Positions 22,601-33,757 of a DNA stretch of 64,000 bases are shown piece by piece. Within the stretch, counting starts at the first letter, position 1. Every line of letters begins with the position of its first letter. The notes under the pieces were generated by a model that was not told where the DNA came from, searched no databases, and saw only the letters and a program-made list of their open reading frames with translations. Source of the DNA: Histomonas meleagridis 2922-C6/04-290x (lineage: Eukaryota > Protista > Parabasalia); NCBI GenBank assembly GCA_020184695.1, contig JAANOX010000216.1, positions 12,034 to 76,033 of the forward strand, given 5' to 3'. The position numbers and the translations under genes are program-made.

Positions 22601-25154
22601 TGAAACCCAAAATTATTAAAATAAATTCTAAATAAAACAAATAAATATCTTTAGCATTAATATCAATTCCTTCTTGTTTAAGAAGTAATTCAACAATTTC
22701 TGTGTGACCATTTTCAGATGCCAAAATAAGTGCTGTATCAAATAATTTAAATAATTTCCAAATATTATTTTGAAATATAAAATTATTAAAATAAATTTCA
22801 AATAAAACAAACAAATACTTTTAACATTAATATCAATTCCTTTCTGTTCAAGCAATACTTTCGTTATTCCTATTATACCTTCAGAACAAGAAACCATAAG
22901 TGGATTTTGTAATATTAAGAATAATTTTTAAATATTATTTAGAAATACTTAATAATGCTTAAAATACATAGGAAATAAATCAAATAAATATTTTTGATAT
23001 CAATATCAACGTTTTTGTACTTAATGAGTAATTTTAATAGTTCTGACTGATCATTCCACGTTGCCCACCAAAGTAACTTTTCAAATTTTATAAATAAATT
23101 CCAAAAATCAACAAAAAATCTTATATTAAACAAATTAACACTTTTAGAATCAATATCAAAATTTTTATGTTTAAGAAGTAATTTAACTATTTTCATGTTA
23201 CCTTTTTGAGATGCAATCATAATTGCTGTAAGAAATATTTCAAATAGTTTTTAAATAACTTAATAAAATTTTGAATATCAATAACAAATTGCAAATAAAA
23301 TAATTTGATATTTTGTGCCATTATATCAAGTTCATCTTTTTTAACAAGCAATTTTATAATATCAACATGTTGATTTTCGGCTGCCCATATAAGTACTTTC
23401 TCAAATATTTTAAATAATTACCAAATATTTCTTTAAAGCATTAAATCATTATGATAAATTTTATATAAAATAATTATAATATTTCAACATTAGCATCACA
23501 ATTTTTATGTTCAAGAAGTAATTTAAATATATCAAAATAATTATTTGAAAATGCCTTCATAACTGCTGTTTCATATATTTTGAATAATTATTAAATATTA
23601 TATTAAAATATATAATCAATAAGATAAACATAAATTTTAAAATGTAAATATCTTTGGAATTTATGTCAATATCTTCAAATTCAAGAAGTAATTTAACTAT
23701 ATCAATATGGCCTTTTTCAGATGCATACATAAGTGCTGTTCTAAATAATTTAAATAAATACTAAATATTATTTTGATATCAAAAATCATTAAAACAAACA
23801 AAAAAAATAAACAATAAAACACCATTAGCATAATTAATATTAATATCTTTATGTTTAAGAAGTAATTTAACTACTTCTGTATGACCTTTAATAGATGCAA
23901 TTATTAATGCTGGATAAAATATTTTAAATAATTTTTATAAAATATGTTTAAATATGATGAGAACATTAAAATAAATATTAAGTAAAACAAATAAATATCA
24001 ATTGCATTAATATCAATTCCTTCTTGTTCAAGAAGTAATTTAACCATTTCGATATCACCTTTTTCAGATGCTTCCATAAGAAATGTATAAAATAATTTAA
24101 ATAATTTCCAAATATTATTTTGAATCACGGGTTTATGATATTTTGAAATATCAAGACAAATAAATAAATAATTCTGCAATTTATATCAATTCCTTTTTGT
24201 TTAAGAAGTATTTTGAACATTTCTACTTTACCATTTTTGAATGATTCAATAAGTGCTGTTTGAATTATTTTGAATAATTTCCAAATATTATTATGAAATA
24301 TAAAATTATCAGAAGAAATTTTAAATAAAACAAATAAATACTAAAAGCATCAATATCAATTCCTTCTCGTTCAAGAAGTAATTTAACAATTTCTGCATAA
24401 CCTTTTCCAGCAGCAATAATAAGTGCTGTTTCAAATAATTTAAGTAATTTCCAAATATTATTTTTAAGTATCAAAATATTGTCATAAATTTTAAATAAAA
24501 CAAATAAATATCTTTAGCATTAACATCAATTCCTTCTTGTTCAAGTAGTAATTTAACCATTTCTACATTACCTTTTTTAGATGCCATAATTAATGCTGAT
24601 TGAAATAATTCGAATAATTTCCAAATATTATTTTGAAATAAAATATTAATCAAATAAAACTGAATTAAAACAAATAAATATCTTTAGTATTAACATCAAC
24701 TCCTTCTTTATTAAGTAATAATTTCATTATTTGTGTGTGGCCATTTTGATATGCTTTCATAAATGCTGTTTCAAATGTTATGAATAAATTCCAAAAATTA
24801 TTTTAATACATGCAATCATAAGAACAAATACTAAATCAATTAAATAAATATCTTTAGAATTAACATCAATTCCTTCATGTTCAAGTAATAATTCAACTTT
24901 TTCTGTATAGCCTTTTATGCATGCCCATATTAGTGCTGTAAAAAATTATTTTAACAATATCCAAATTTTATTTGAAAATATAAAATTATTAAATTAATCT
25001 GAAAATGAAATTTTGAGATATCTTTAGCATTTACATCAATTCTTTTTTGATCTAGAAATAATTTAAAGTTTTCTGGAGTCAATCGATTAACAGCCTTTAT
25101 AATTTTTGGAAAAAATAAATCAAATAATCTCCTAATATGATTTTGAAATATCAT
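19660..25154 (-). other. Array of 33 diversified ankyrin modules, each separated by a spacer, with no DUF3447 head (locus A4)
   Basis: Module starts counted by hand from about 25110 and 24939 down to 19749, with periods of 150/153/167/170/173 nt. An ATG at 25154 lies in a half-spacer. The terminal capping module is TALSLAIKNSYTNIADLISKKSPAKCICY*. Most small track ORFs in 20.0-25.2 kb are single modules running into spacers. Confidence 0.85.
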
Positions 25155-25594
25155 CCCCTTTAGACTCGTTTAGGAACTTCATATAAGAAATTTGATCTTT
25201 AAATGGAAATATGTTTTCTTTTTTCATTGATTTGGTGGGGAACAAGACTGCAAAAAATTCAATGATACGTCATAAAAATAAACATATCAATTTTCAATCA
25301 AACGATCAAGACTCTTTCAAAAATGTTTTATACTCTCAAAAGAGCCCTTATGCAAAAAGTGGCAAATTGCGCTATTTCATGAAATAGCAAAAAATGTGGG
25401 ATATAGAGATAACACTATATGCAATTTCTATTTCAGGGAGTGAAAAAACATAAACCCAGTTTAAAAACAAATATCATTTTTATTTAATCTTGATTTTTTT
25501 TTTCAAAAATTGATTCAGTATAAATTTCATGAAATAGCAAAAAATGTTTCACAAACAAATAGAGGTAATGGAATTCACGTGTAAAACAGAAAAA

Positions 25595-25987
25595 TCAGTT
25601 GAAACCTGTGTCAGGATTAATTAAATTTTGTGGTTGCTGATTTTGATGATATAAAAATGGAACACTTTGAGCTTGCATCATGAGTGAATTCATTTGAGTA
25701 CCCATAACTGGAGGCATTAAAGTTTGACCATAAATTTGAAGTTGTTGGACTGGTTGATCTTTTTTGTTTCCACCTGATATTCTTATTTGAGGTGGAAGCT
25801 CTTGGAATTGATTGTTGGCCATCATATTTGGTTCAGGATTATATCCATTAAAGCCATTATTTTGCAAAACAAAAAATCTGTGAAAATTTTTGAGAGCCGC
25901 TTCGGCAATTTCGGAATGTATTGGACTTGATTGAGCGAGATCCATTATTTCTTGTCCATATTTTTGTAAGACTTCTATTCCTTTCAT
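25595..25987 (-). CDS. Hypothetical protein with a Q/N/P-rich C-terminus
   Basis: 130-codon ORF with an ATG start and host-like composition. Confidence 0.65.
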   Translation of the reverse strand: MKGIEVLQKYGQEIMDLAQSSPIHSEIAEAALKNFHRFFVLQNNGFNGYNPEPNMMANNQFQELPPQIRISGGNKKDQPVQQLQIYGQTLMPPVMGTQMNSLMMQAQSVPFLYHQNQQPQNLINPDTGFN

Positions 25988-26288
25988 TTTTATTAATTGA
26001 ATAACTCTGTTTGATTTTGGATCAAAAAAAATATGATTTTCTCAATACAAATTCATTCTTTATTAATATTTAATTTCTAATATTCACGAAGGTTGACATT
26101 GCCTTTCGTCAAAAAATTTGAGATCTTATAAATGAAGAATGGAAATTGATTATAAATGGATAATTGCTATTTTAGCTTCAAACATTGATCAAATTCATTT
26201 TTTTTAACTGTAACAATAATTTCATTTATTTTTTTCACCATTTCGAAATAATTTATAAAATCAAAATTCGTTATTTACAAAACATTAA

Positions 26289-27242
26289 TTATAAAGATGA
26301 CATTAAACTTGCAGCATTTGAAAAATGCTGATTTGAATTCTGACTAATTTGTTCTTGATGATTTTCTTCTTCTTCGTCATCATTAAATTCTATCTCTAAC
26401 CCAACAGCTTTGCACAAGAAAACAGTCGCATCCATTATAACTTTCGTTGGTCTGTCGTCGTTGTGTTTCCCAGGCACCAAATGCAGTTCCTTATTTGGCG
26501 AATCGATTGCTTCGAATAATCGTTCGCTGTTCGTTTTATCCACGAAATCGTCATCTGTTCCATGTATGAAGAAAACTGGCGTCTGTATCATCTGACATGA
26601 TTCAATCGGATTGACATCAAATATATCAAATTTGGCTGTTTTGAGAATTGCCTTGCGAGCTTTCTTAATGGCTTTTTTAGCAACCCATTTGGGCACCTTT
26701 TCGTTCTCTGCGATTTGTAAAAAGAGATCTTTTAAAGAACAATATGGAGAATCAACAACAGCGGCTGAAATAAATCTGTTCTCTGGTATGGTCATAAGTG
26801 TTACAGCTGCACCCATTGAACGACCCCAAAGTAAAATCTTTTGTATTTGGAAATCGGTCCGTAATAAATCAATAACTGAACGAACATCGTTTTTCTCAAA
26901 ATATCCTAAGGAAACGTATTTACCAGGAGAACACCCGCATCCTGAAAAATCGAAGCAAAAGACATTAATACCAACAGGTACAAATAATGAAACCAAATAT
27001 CGGCCTTCAAGTTGATTGGATGCATTACCATGAAGATAAATTATACATGTTTTTGGGTTGTATTGTTCGGGTGCTGCATAATATGATCCATATATCAATG
27101 TGCCAAATGAATTTGGAAATGCAATTGATATCCGTTCTACATTTCCAAACCCTTGAACTTCAGCTATGTGAGGAATAGAGCTTTCGTCATATTGGGCTCG
27201 AGGTGGGCGAATGACAGCGCGTGCTATTTTTTTGGTTATCAT
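26289..27242 (-). CDS. Alpha/beta-hydrolase family serine hydrolase
   Basis: IIYLHGNAS, FDFSGCGCSPG, nucleophile elbow WGRSMGA, FIHGTDDDFV, GKHND. Confidence 0.9.
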   Translation of the reverse strand: MITKKIARAVIRPPRAQYDESSIPHIAEVQGFGNVERISIAFPNSFGTLIYGSYYAAPEQYNPKTCIIYLHGNASNQLEGRYLVSLFVPVGINVFCFDFSGCGCSPGKYVSLGYFEKNDVRSVIDLLRTDFQIQKILLWGRSMGAAVTLMTIPENRFISAAVVDSPYCSLKDLFLQIAENEKVPKWVAKKAIKKARKAILKTAKFDIFDVNPIESCQMIQTPVFFIHGTDDDFVDKTNSERLFEAIDSPNKELHLVPGKHNDDRPTKVIMDATVFLCKAVGLEIEFNDDEEEENHQEQISQNSNQHFSNAASLMSSL

Positions 27243-28309
27243 TATGTTATTGAGAGAGATTTTTACAACAATACAATCAACAAGTTCTTAACAGAAATTT
27301 GAATGATTACAAACGTAAACCTATAAAAAGTGTGATATTCTGGAGAATTGGATTTACAAAAAATTAACGTTCACATTTTCGGTGACAAATAGACGTTTAT
27401 AGATGGTTGAAAAGTGGCTGACAGTCGCAATTACGAACGTATAGGAATGAACTTATCGTGATTTGATTTTTAACTTTTCATATGGTTTTATTTGCATTCC
27501 AATAATGATTTAACTATGTTGAATATGCATCAGTTAATTTGTGAACCACTGGTAGAAAAAGTCAAATGACAAAAAAAAAAATGTTACAATTTTATAGAAT
27601 GGGATTCTGAAAATAAAGGCTAGGATGACTAACTACTAAATGCCAAAAATGTATTTTCTTCATATAGTTTAAATATATTTACTCGTGGATCCTTTTAAAT
27701 GTAATGAATTTTTTAAGAATTTTATATTTTACTGATTCATTCAGTTAAGTATTTTAGGTATTGTGTATATGTGTTAAGTAACTTTTAGCTTTAATGTTCT
27801 TCATTGTTTGGATCTTGTTAGAAATCAAAGAATAAAAAAATAAGTTTTTTGTTAGGAAAACATTTTTAAATTTAAAAAAAAACAATATTAGATAATATTT
27901 CATTCCTTGTTTATTTAACAAGATCAATATAATAAATTTGGCTGATAATAGAAAAAATTTCGTTTATTTGCTTAAGAAATACCTAAAAAAGTGATAAAAA
28001 ATATTTAATTTAACCAAAAGAAGTGCTTTATATTCTTATAAATTTGGTTATTCATACTTTTTCCGATATTAAGAAAAAAATCATATATGGTTCCATATTT
28101 AATTAGCTGTTCTTAAAATAGAGCAATGCTACATTAAATTTGATCCTGATTGTGCGAATAAATCAGCCTCTATTTCGTCATTCCGATTTATTTTTGATAT
28201 TTCATATGGATGATATCCATCTTTAATTAAAGTTGTTGTCACAAGAAGTTCCATTCATTTTGAAAGTTCTTCATAATTTCTTATGAATAAAAGTTATATT
28301 ATTTGATTT

Positions 28310-28654
28310 TTATTTAAAATCAGCTTCAAACAGATGTGTAAAAATATAATTTTGTCTTTGTGAGTAAAGACATGGTTTTAATGGAACCAAACGAGAATTA
28401 GTCTGAAAATTAAAATCAGAACTTTTTGAATTTGGATTTTTTTCTACATGCAAAGATTGCCTGTGTTGTTGCAAGTGTGTTGCGCTTATAGGTTTTCCAC
28501 AATCAGGGCAATGTATTATACGAACAGGTGTTTCTGATGGTGCATATCCAAAAAATGGGCTTTCACTCTCTTGGCTTTGTTGTATGTAATTTACATCATT
28601 TATGTCATTGATTGCATAGAGATGTCTTGGAACTTGAATCACCTTCTCCCCCAT
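28310..28654 (-). CDS. Small protein with a CxxC...H...H zinc finger
   Basis: HCPDCGKPISATHLQQHRQSLH. Confidence 0.6.
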   Translation of the reverse strand: MGEKVIQVPRHLYAINDINDVNYIQQSQESESPFFGYAPSETPVRIIHCPDCGKPISATHLQQHRQSLHVEKNPNSKSSDFNFQTNSRLVPLKPCLYSQRQNYIFTHLFEADFK

Positions 28655-29189
28655 TCAAAGAACACGTTACCACTTGATATTCAAAAAGTGGCCGAAATGA
28701 ATAAAAGTGACACTGGGCACTTTAACAGGGTTCAAGATTCTTTCTAATTGAAAACATCTCAATTTATAATCATTCACTATTCCTTCATGGGTTGCCTAGG
28801 ATCAACTTGCAAGGTATGATATTATATTCAAATTTAAAGTCTTTTTATTCTCACTTTTTTAGATTAAATTCCGGATTTTTGCTAAATCCCCAAAGGACTT
28901 TTAAGTTTTTTTAAAAAAAATTATCAGTAGCTTATATGAGCACACGATGTATGTAATTATCGAATATATATATGATGAGAAAAAAATTAAAAGCCTAACA
29001 CAGGAAAGATCGCAATTGAAATATGATGTCTTATGATCAGAAAAAATTAAGGAATATATGATATTTCCTATTTTTTTCATAGTCAAATGATTGAAATTTC
29101 CATAATCTATCATAAGTTTTTATCTTTTTCTTTATTTATCAAATCTATGACTAATAACAATGTTTTTTTATGAGAAAAATAATATTACT

Positions 29190-30344
29190 TTATTCATCAG
29201 GTTCAGTATCTAATTTTATTTTCGGAAATGGATTATCTTTGCTAAACACAACTTTCTTTTTGTAGTGATAAATATAAGCCCTTACGAGGCCATTTCCGAT
29301 CAAGTTTGCCAAAATCAATTCAACCTCTTCAATCGAAGGGTTATCGAAAAACATCGCAAATGCAGCTTGGAATACCTCAATATCTATTATATTATTTGCG
29401 TATGCGTGGTGTACAATTTCGACTATTCTTCGCTCGACCAAATTTCTGATTTGTGCAATAATTTCCCAAACGCCAAGTCGAATGAAAACCATCTGATTTT
29501 GCTCAAGTGAAGCTTCATACAATGATAGATCGCCGATTTGCATCGCTATGACCAATTCATTGTAAATATTCATTGAATAATTTTCCAATAATTCTTTACT
29601 TGGAATTTGCCCAAATAACATGTTCACAGGGATCAAGAAAGAATACACAAGCCTTCTATCCCGTGCGTTAGAGTTGGGAATATGACTAAGCGCTTTTGTG
29701 AGATTTGTTTTTGAATTAGTATATCGACCAAAAATTGCATCAACTTTGCCTAGATTGAAGTAAAAACTAGCAACTTCACTCGAAGAAAAAACGTCTTCAT
29801 TGATTAAATAGAATCCTTTTTTTAATGATTCGAATTGCTGATAAGCAAGATTAAAGTTATTGCGTATAAAATAAAAGTTTATGAGTGTGTTAAACGTGGT
29901 TAAGAAAGGAGAATCATTCATTGTTTTTTGTTTAGGCTTTGTATCTCGTACTAATTTTTGGAAGTATTGCACTGGTTCATCTGAAATTTGTCCAAATTTA
30001 AAAAGAGACTTAACTATTGATTTAACTATTTTCGTGTAAATTTCGGGATTTGTTGTAATTGGATGATATTTTAATAATTTTTGAAAAGCTTTTGCATATA
30101 AAGAAAGGGATTCTGATGCATCTCCAATGGAAGATTTTAGCAAATTCGAAATTACTTTTTGAAATAATCGTTCTGAAATATAAACATGAATTCCTTCTGA
30201 TAATAATCTTTTACATATTTCTTTATGTGAAAGTAATTGATCAATATCCAACAAATATCCCAAAAAGGAAAAATCTTGCCTATTGATCATTGAATTTAAT
30301 TCTGTTCCAGCATTTTGTGCAGAGCTGGAAAGAATGCTCCACAT
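29190..30344 (-). CDS. PCID2: PCI-domain protein, PCID2/Thp1/Csn12-like
   Basis: LIPVNMLFGQIPSKELL, FIRLGVWEII, EVELILANLIGNGLVRAYI...VVFSKDNPFP. The first ATG is at 30344 (the track start is TTG). Confidence 0.85.
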   Translation of the reverse strand: MWSILSSSAQNAGTELNSMINRQDFSFLGYLLDIDQLLSHKEICKRLLSEGIHVYISERLFQKVISNLLKSSIGDASESLSLYAKAFQKLLKYHPITTNPEIYTKIVKSIVKSLFKFGQISDEPVQYFQKLVRDTKPKQKTMNDSPFLTTFNTLINFYFIRNNFNLAYQQFESLKKGFYLINEDVFSSSEVASFYFNLGKVDAIFGRYTNSKTNLTKALSHIPNSNARDRRLVYSFLIPVNMLFGQIPSKELLENYSMNIYNELVIAMQIGDLSLYEASLEQNQMVFIRLGVWEIIAQIRNLVERRIVEIVHHAYANNIIDIEVFQAAFAMFFDNPSIEEVELILANLIGNGLVRAYIYHYKKKVVFSKDNPFPKIKLDTEPDE

Positions 30345-30374
30345 TTCAGTTGCATCGAACAAAGGTAGTCAAAT

Positions 30375-30382
30375 AAACGGTC
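30375..30382 (-). promoter_or_regulatory. M3-like motif in a 50-bp divergent promoter gap
   Basis: GACCGTTT on the minus strand between the head-to-head ATGs at 30344 and 30395. Confidence 0.45.
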
Positions 30383-30394
30383 TCCCACTACCAT

Positions 30395-31834
30395 ATGATA
30401 TCATATAAATCAAGTTTTGATAAACGTTTATCAAAATATGAAAAAATGACTTACTTTAAACCATCAACAAAAGCAAATAGCAATGATAGTGATGTACAAG
30501 ATGATTTTGAAGAAGAAGATTCATATCAAGAATTAGAAAAGTCAATTCAATTGTTTTCGCAAATGGGTGAAGATTGTGACCATGAACAATTAGATCACTG
30601 CGTTTGGGAACTATCAAGAAATGCAACTTATTCAGGTGAAGGATTTTTTGGTCATCAATCTTTTTTTAAAAAAGACACTTACAATCATCTATTATTTATT
30701 ATTCAAAATGATTTTATTCCTATTAGCCCTCGTATAGCATCAATTTGTTGTCTTACGTTAATACTTAAATCCTTAAAAGTTGAAGATTGTGAAGACTTCT
30801 CAAAGCAAGATGTTATTTCTAAAATCAGTGAATTATTGTCATTATGTGAAACACCAAGCCACGCTATCAAAATACTTGATTTTTTTTCTCATCTAGCTTC
30901 AATCAGTGAAGAATGTCGAAATTCTGTATTAAATTATTTTGAGCTCCAACAAATATTTGAGCATATAGCTGACATATCAGATCTATCGAAATCGTATTCG
31001 GTACTTCTTCAAATAATTTCCTCCTACCCTTTAAATGACGATGCCATTCAAAACATCGTAAACTTTTCAATTCACGTTTTTGTGAGCATAAAAGAACCGT
31101 TTATTTGGGAACGATTTATTATAATTCTTTTAAATTTCTGTGAACTTGGTTATACAGAATTAGTCTCTAATGATATATTATTGGAACAAATTCCTCGATT
31201 ATTACGAAAAGGAAATCACAAAATTATAAAGAATGTAATAAGTTTAATATTTTTGTTGGGCGATAAAATTAATTTTTCATATTTCGACTTTAAGCAAATA
31301 GTTGAAAAGTTATTAGACGAAAATAAATCTATAGCACGCTATTATGCTAGATTTATTAAATATATTATAAGTATAAATGAGGAGTTAGCGATTTTCTTGA
31401 TTCGAAACGATCTTTTTACTACATTAAAAAAGTTTTTGATGGAAAGTAGCGCGAAAAATAAAACTGTTGCATTGGACATAATTGTGGAAATTGTTGAGCA
31501 TTGTGGTGTAAATTTGCTTTCGTTAATTGTGAAATATGGTTTAGTCGAAGAAATGGTTCCGTTGTTTGAGTTGGATATTTATGAGATTAATATGTCGCTG
31601 CTAAAGATATTTTCCAGACTTTTTAATGAGTGTAATGATAATGGAATAGTCATCGCATTAAAACAAAAGTTTGATGAAAATGATGGTGTAACATTTTTGG
31701 AAAATTTGATGCAAAGCGAAAATGACGAAATTGCTACTGGAGCAGAATTACTGTTAAATACTTATAATGAAATTAATACAGACGAATTTTCTGATGTTGG
31801 AACAATTTTGTTTGACTCTGATGATGATATATAA
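30395..31834 (+). CDS. ARM/HEAT-repeat-like alpha-solenoid protein
   Basis: 479-codon ORF with helical Leu/Ile-rich repeats and a LEKLxxSENDEI-like end typical of ARM folds. Confidence 0.75.
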   Translation: MISYKSSFDKRLSKYEKMTYFKPSTKANSNDSDVQDDFEEEDSYQELEKSIQLFSQMGEDCDHEQLDHCVWELSRNATYSGEGFFGHQSFFKKDTYNHLLFIIQNDFIPISPRIASICCLTLILKSLKVEDCEDFSKQDVISKISELLSLCETPSHAIKILDFFSHLASISEECRNSVLNYFELQQIFEHIADISDLSKSYSVLLQIISSYPLNDDAIQNIVNFSIHVFVSIKEPFIWERFIIILLNFCELGYTELVSNDILLEQIPRLLRKGNHKIIKNVISLIFLLGDKINFSYFDFKQIVEKLLDENKSIARYYARFIKYIISINEELAIFLIRNDLFTTLKKFLMESSAKNKTVALDIIVEIVEHCGVNLLSLIVKYGLVEEMVPLFELDIYEINMSLLKIFSRLFNECNDNGIVIALKQKFDENDGVTFLENLMQSENDEIATGAELLLNTYNEINTDEFSDVGTILFDSDDDI

Positions 31835-31889
31835 ATAAATAAATAAAATATATTATAATTTAATAATATTTCTGTTATATAAAAAAAAT

Positions 31890-32270
31890 ATCAATATGAA
31901 TAAACAATTTATTACAAGAAACATTAATGATTTTCCTTCAAAGCTCATTTTTCTTTGTTTGAATAATTATAAAATAATATAAAATAGAAATACAAATACT
32001 TTTTACTTATTTAATCAATGTATGTATGAACAAAACATTCGCATTTATAATATTTTTTATTTTCATTTATGCATGAATATATCTGTTATATAAAAGCATC
32101 AATATGAATAAACAATTTATTTAATGAACCATTAATGATTTTCCTTCAAAAGTCTTTTTTGTTTGTTTTAATAATTATAAAATAATATAAAATAGAAATA
32201 CAAATACTTTTTATTTATTTAATCAATGTATGTATGAACAAAACATTCGCATTTATAATATTTTTTATTT
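31890..32270. repeat. Local tandem duplication (about 208-bp period) between convergent gene ends
   Basis: The block TCAATATGAATAAACAATTTATT...CATTCGCATTTATAATATTTTTTATTTTCATTT occurs from about 31891 and from about 32099. Confidence 0.8.
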
Positions 32271-33617
32271 TCATTTCCGATTCTTCTCCAAATATTCGTT
32301 CATATATTTTATCGAATTTTCCAATTCGTTAACTTCGATTCCGATCGATTTAATGTTATCCAAATTGCACTTATTTTGCACGTAAATATCATTCGCTAAT
32401 TGCTCAAAAGCTTTCAGCGCTTTGTCGTCTGTTATATTCTTTGCGTTCGGATTCCCGATTCGCTCCAACTCTTTAATTATCATCGACTTTCGCTCTGATT
32501 CGAATTGAAGCGATTTTAACTTTTGTTCAATTTGTTGATTCTTTGTTTCGATTTCTTCATTTTCCGATATGTAATTATCAATTAAGTTACTTAGCTCAAT
32601 AACTATGGGCGAATCAATGTCTGTTACTGATCTATTTTTTCGTTCAATAATAATTCGTTTTTCTAATTGTTGTATCAATTCAATCTTTTTTTGAGTAGAC
32701 TTCTTCTTATTAATCTCACTGGCTTGGATTTTACTTTGAAGTTGATTGATTTCGGTCTGTAATTCATTAAGTGTATTCTTTTGTCTTTCAATTTGTTCAA
32801 GAATTTTCTTGATCTCAGAGTTGTCACTTTTGCTCATTTCATTGGCTTTATTCAATTTTTCATTGACTTCTAACAAATGCTCTGAAAGTTCATAACTTAA
32901 CTTGTGATAAATGTCACTTTTTTGGCTTAGTTCACTTTTCTTTTGAGATATTTGCCATTCGATTTCTGATAATTCGCTTTCAAGGCTTCGAAGATTGTTT
33001 TCTTGTGCATCAGTGACGGTCTTGGTTTGCTTAATCCAATTATTTAAGCGGTTTCTTTTCCCATTTTGTAGATCTTTAAGATGTTTTAAATCTTCATACT
33101 GATAAAGTAAATCTTGGATATATAAACCATGGAAAGAACATGCCTGGATTTGAGGAATAAGAGCTCTGAATTTAGAAACAATCAATTCGGATTTTTCAAG
33201 TTGAAATGTTATTTGTTGTTCTGCTGTAGCTGCATTTGCTAGATTCATTGCGACTTCTGTTTCTTCATTTTCAAGTTGCTCTACTTTTTCTAATTCAGCA
33301 TGTAGTTTTTGTTCTAAAACATGAACTTGGTTATCTTCCGATGATCCAAATAATGAGTTTAAACTTAATGATTTCTGTGCAACAGGGTTAGCCAATTGCG
33401 CGTTAAGGATTTTTTCTTCTTTTTCATAAGCTTCTCTTTCTATTTCTAGTTGTTTTTGACTTTCTTGTATTGATTGCTCAAAAATGGGAATTTGTGTTTC
33501 ATTTGCTTGAAGTTTATCTATTTTGGTCAGTATGTCTTCTTTTTGATTTGTTAGCCTTACCATTTGCTCTTGGAACACTTCGAACTCTTCGTTGGAGATC
33601 ATTTGCCACTTTTCCAT
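32271..33617 (-). CDS. Coiled-coil protein
   Basis: 448-codon ORF with heptad-rich E/K/Q/L composition. Confidence 0.8.
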   Translation of the reverse strand: MEKWQMISNEEFEVFQEQMVRLTNQKEDILTKIDKLQANETQIPIFEQSIQESQKQLEIEREAYEKEEKILNAQLANPVAQKSLSLNSLFGSSEDNQVHVLEQKLHAELEKVEQLENEETEVAMNLANAATAEQQITFQLEKSELIVSKFRALIPQIQACSFHGLYIQDLLYQYEDLKHLKDLQNGKRNRLNNWIKQTKTVTDAQENNLRSLESELSEIEWQISQKKSELSQKSDIYHKLSYELSEHLLEVNEKLNKANEMSKSDNSEIKKILEQIERQKNTLNELQTEINQLQSKIQASEINKKKSTQKKIELIQQLEKRIIIERKNRSVTDIDSPIVIELSNLIDNYISENEEIETKNQQIEQKLKSLQFESERKSMIIKELERIGNPNAKNITDDKALKAFEQLANDIYVQNKCNLDNIKSIGIEVNELENSIKYMNEYLEKNRK

Positions 33618-33757
33618 CGTTCATTTTATAAACGAAAGAAGTATTCGTACTAAATGTCATTTCAGACACAATTCCGTCGACAATTTATATCACATTTCAT
33701 AACAAATTCGTAATTAAAAGTATTTATTTATTTATTAAGAAACTATTTACATTTCAA

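Noticed and set aside
19986-25154. Small track ORFs (60-93 aa) with hydrophobic IYLFYLKFILII tails as membrane proteins
   Set aside because: They are single ankyrin modules running into spacers. The hydrophobic tails reflect T-rich spacer sequence.
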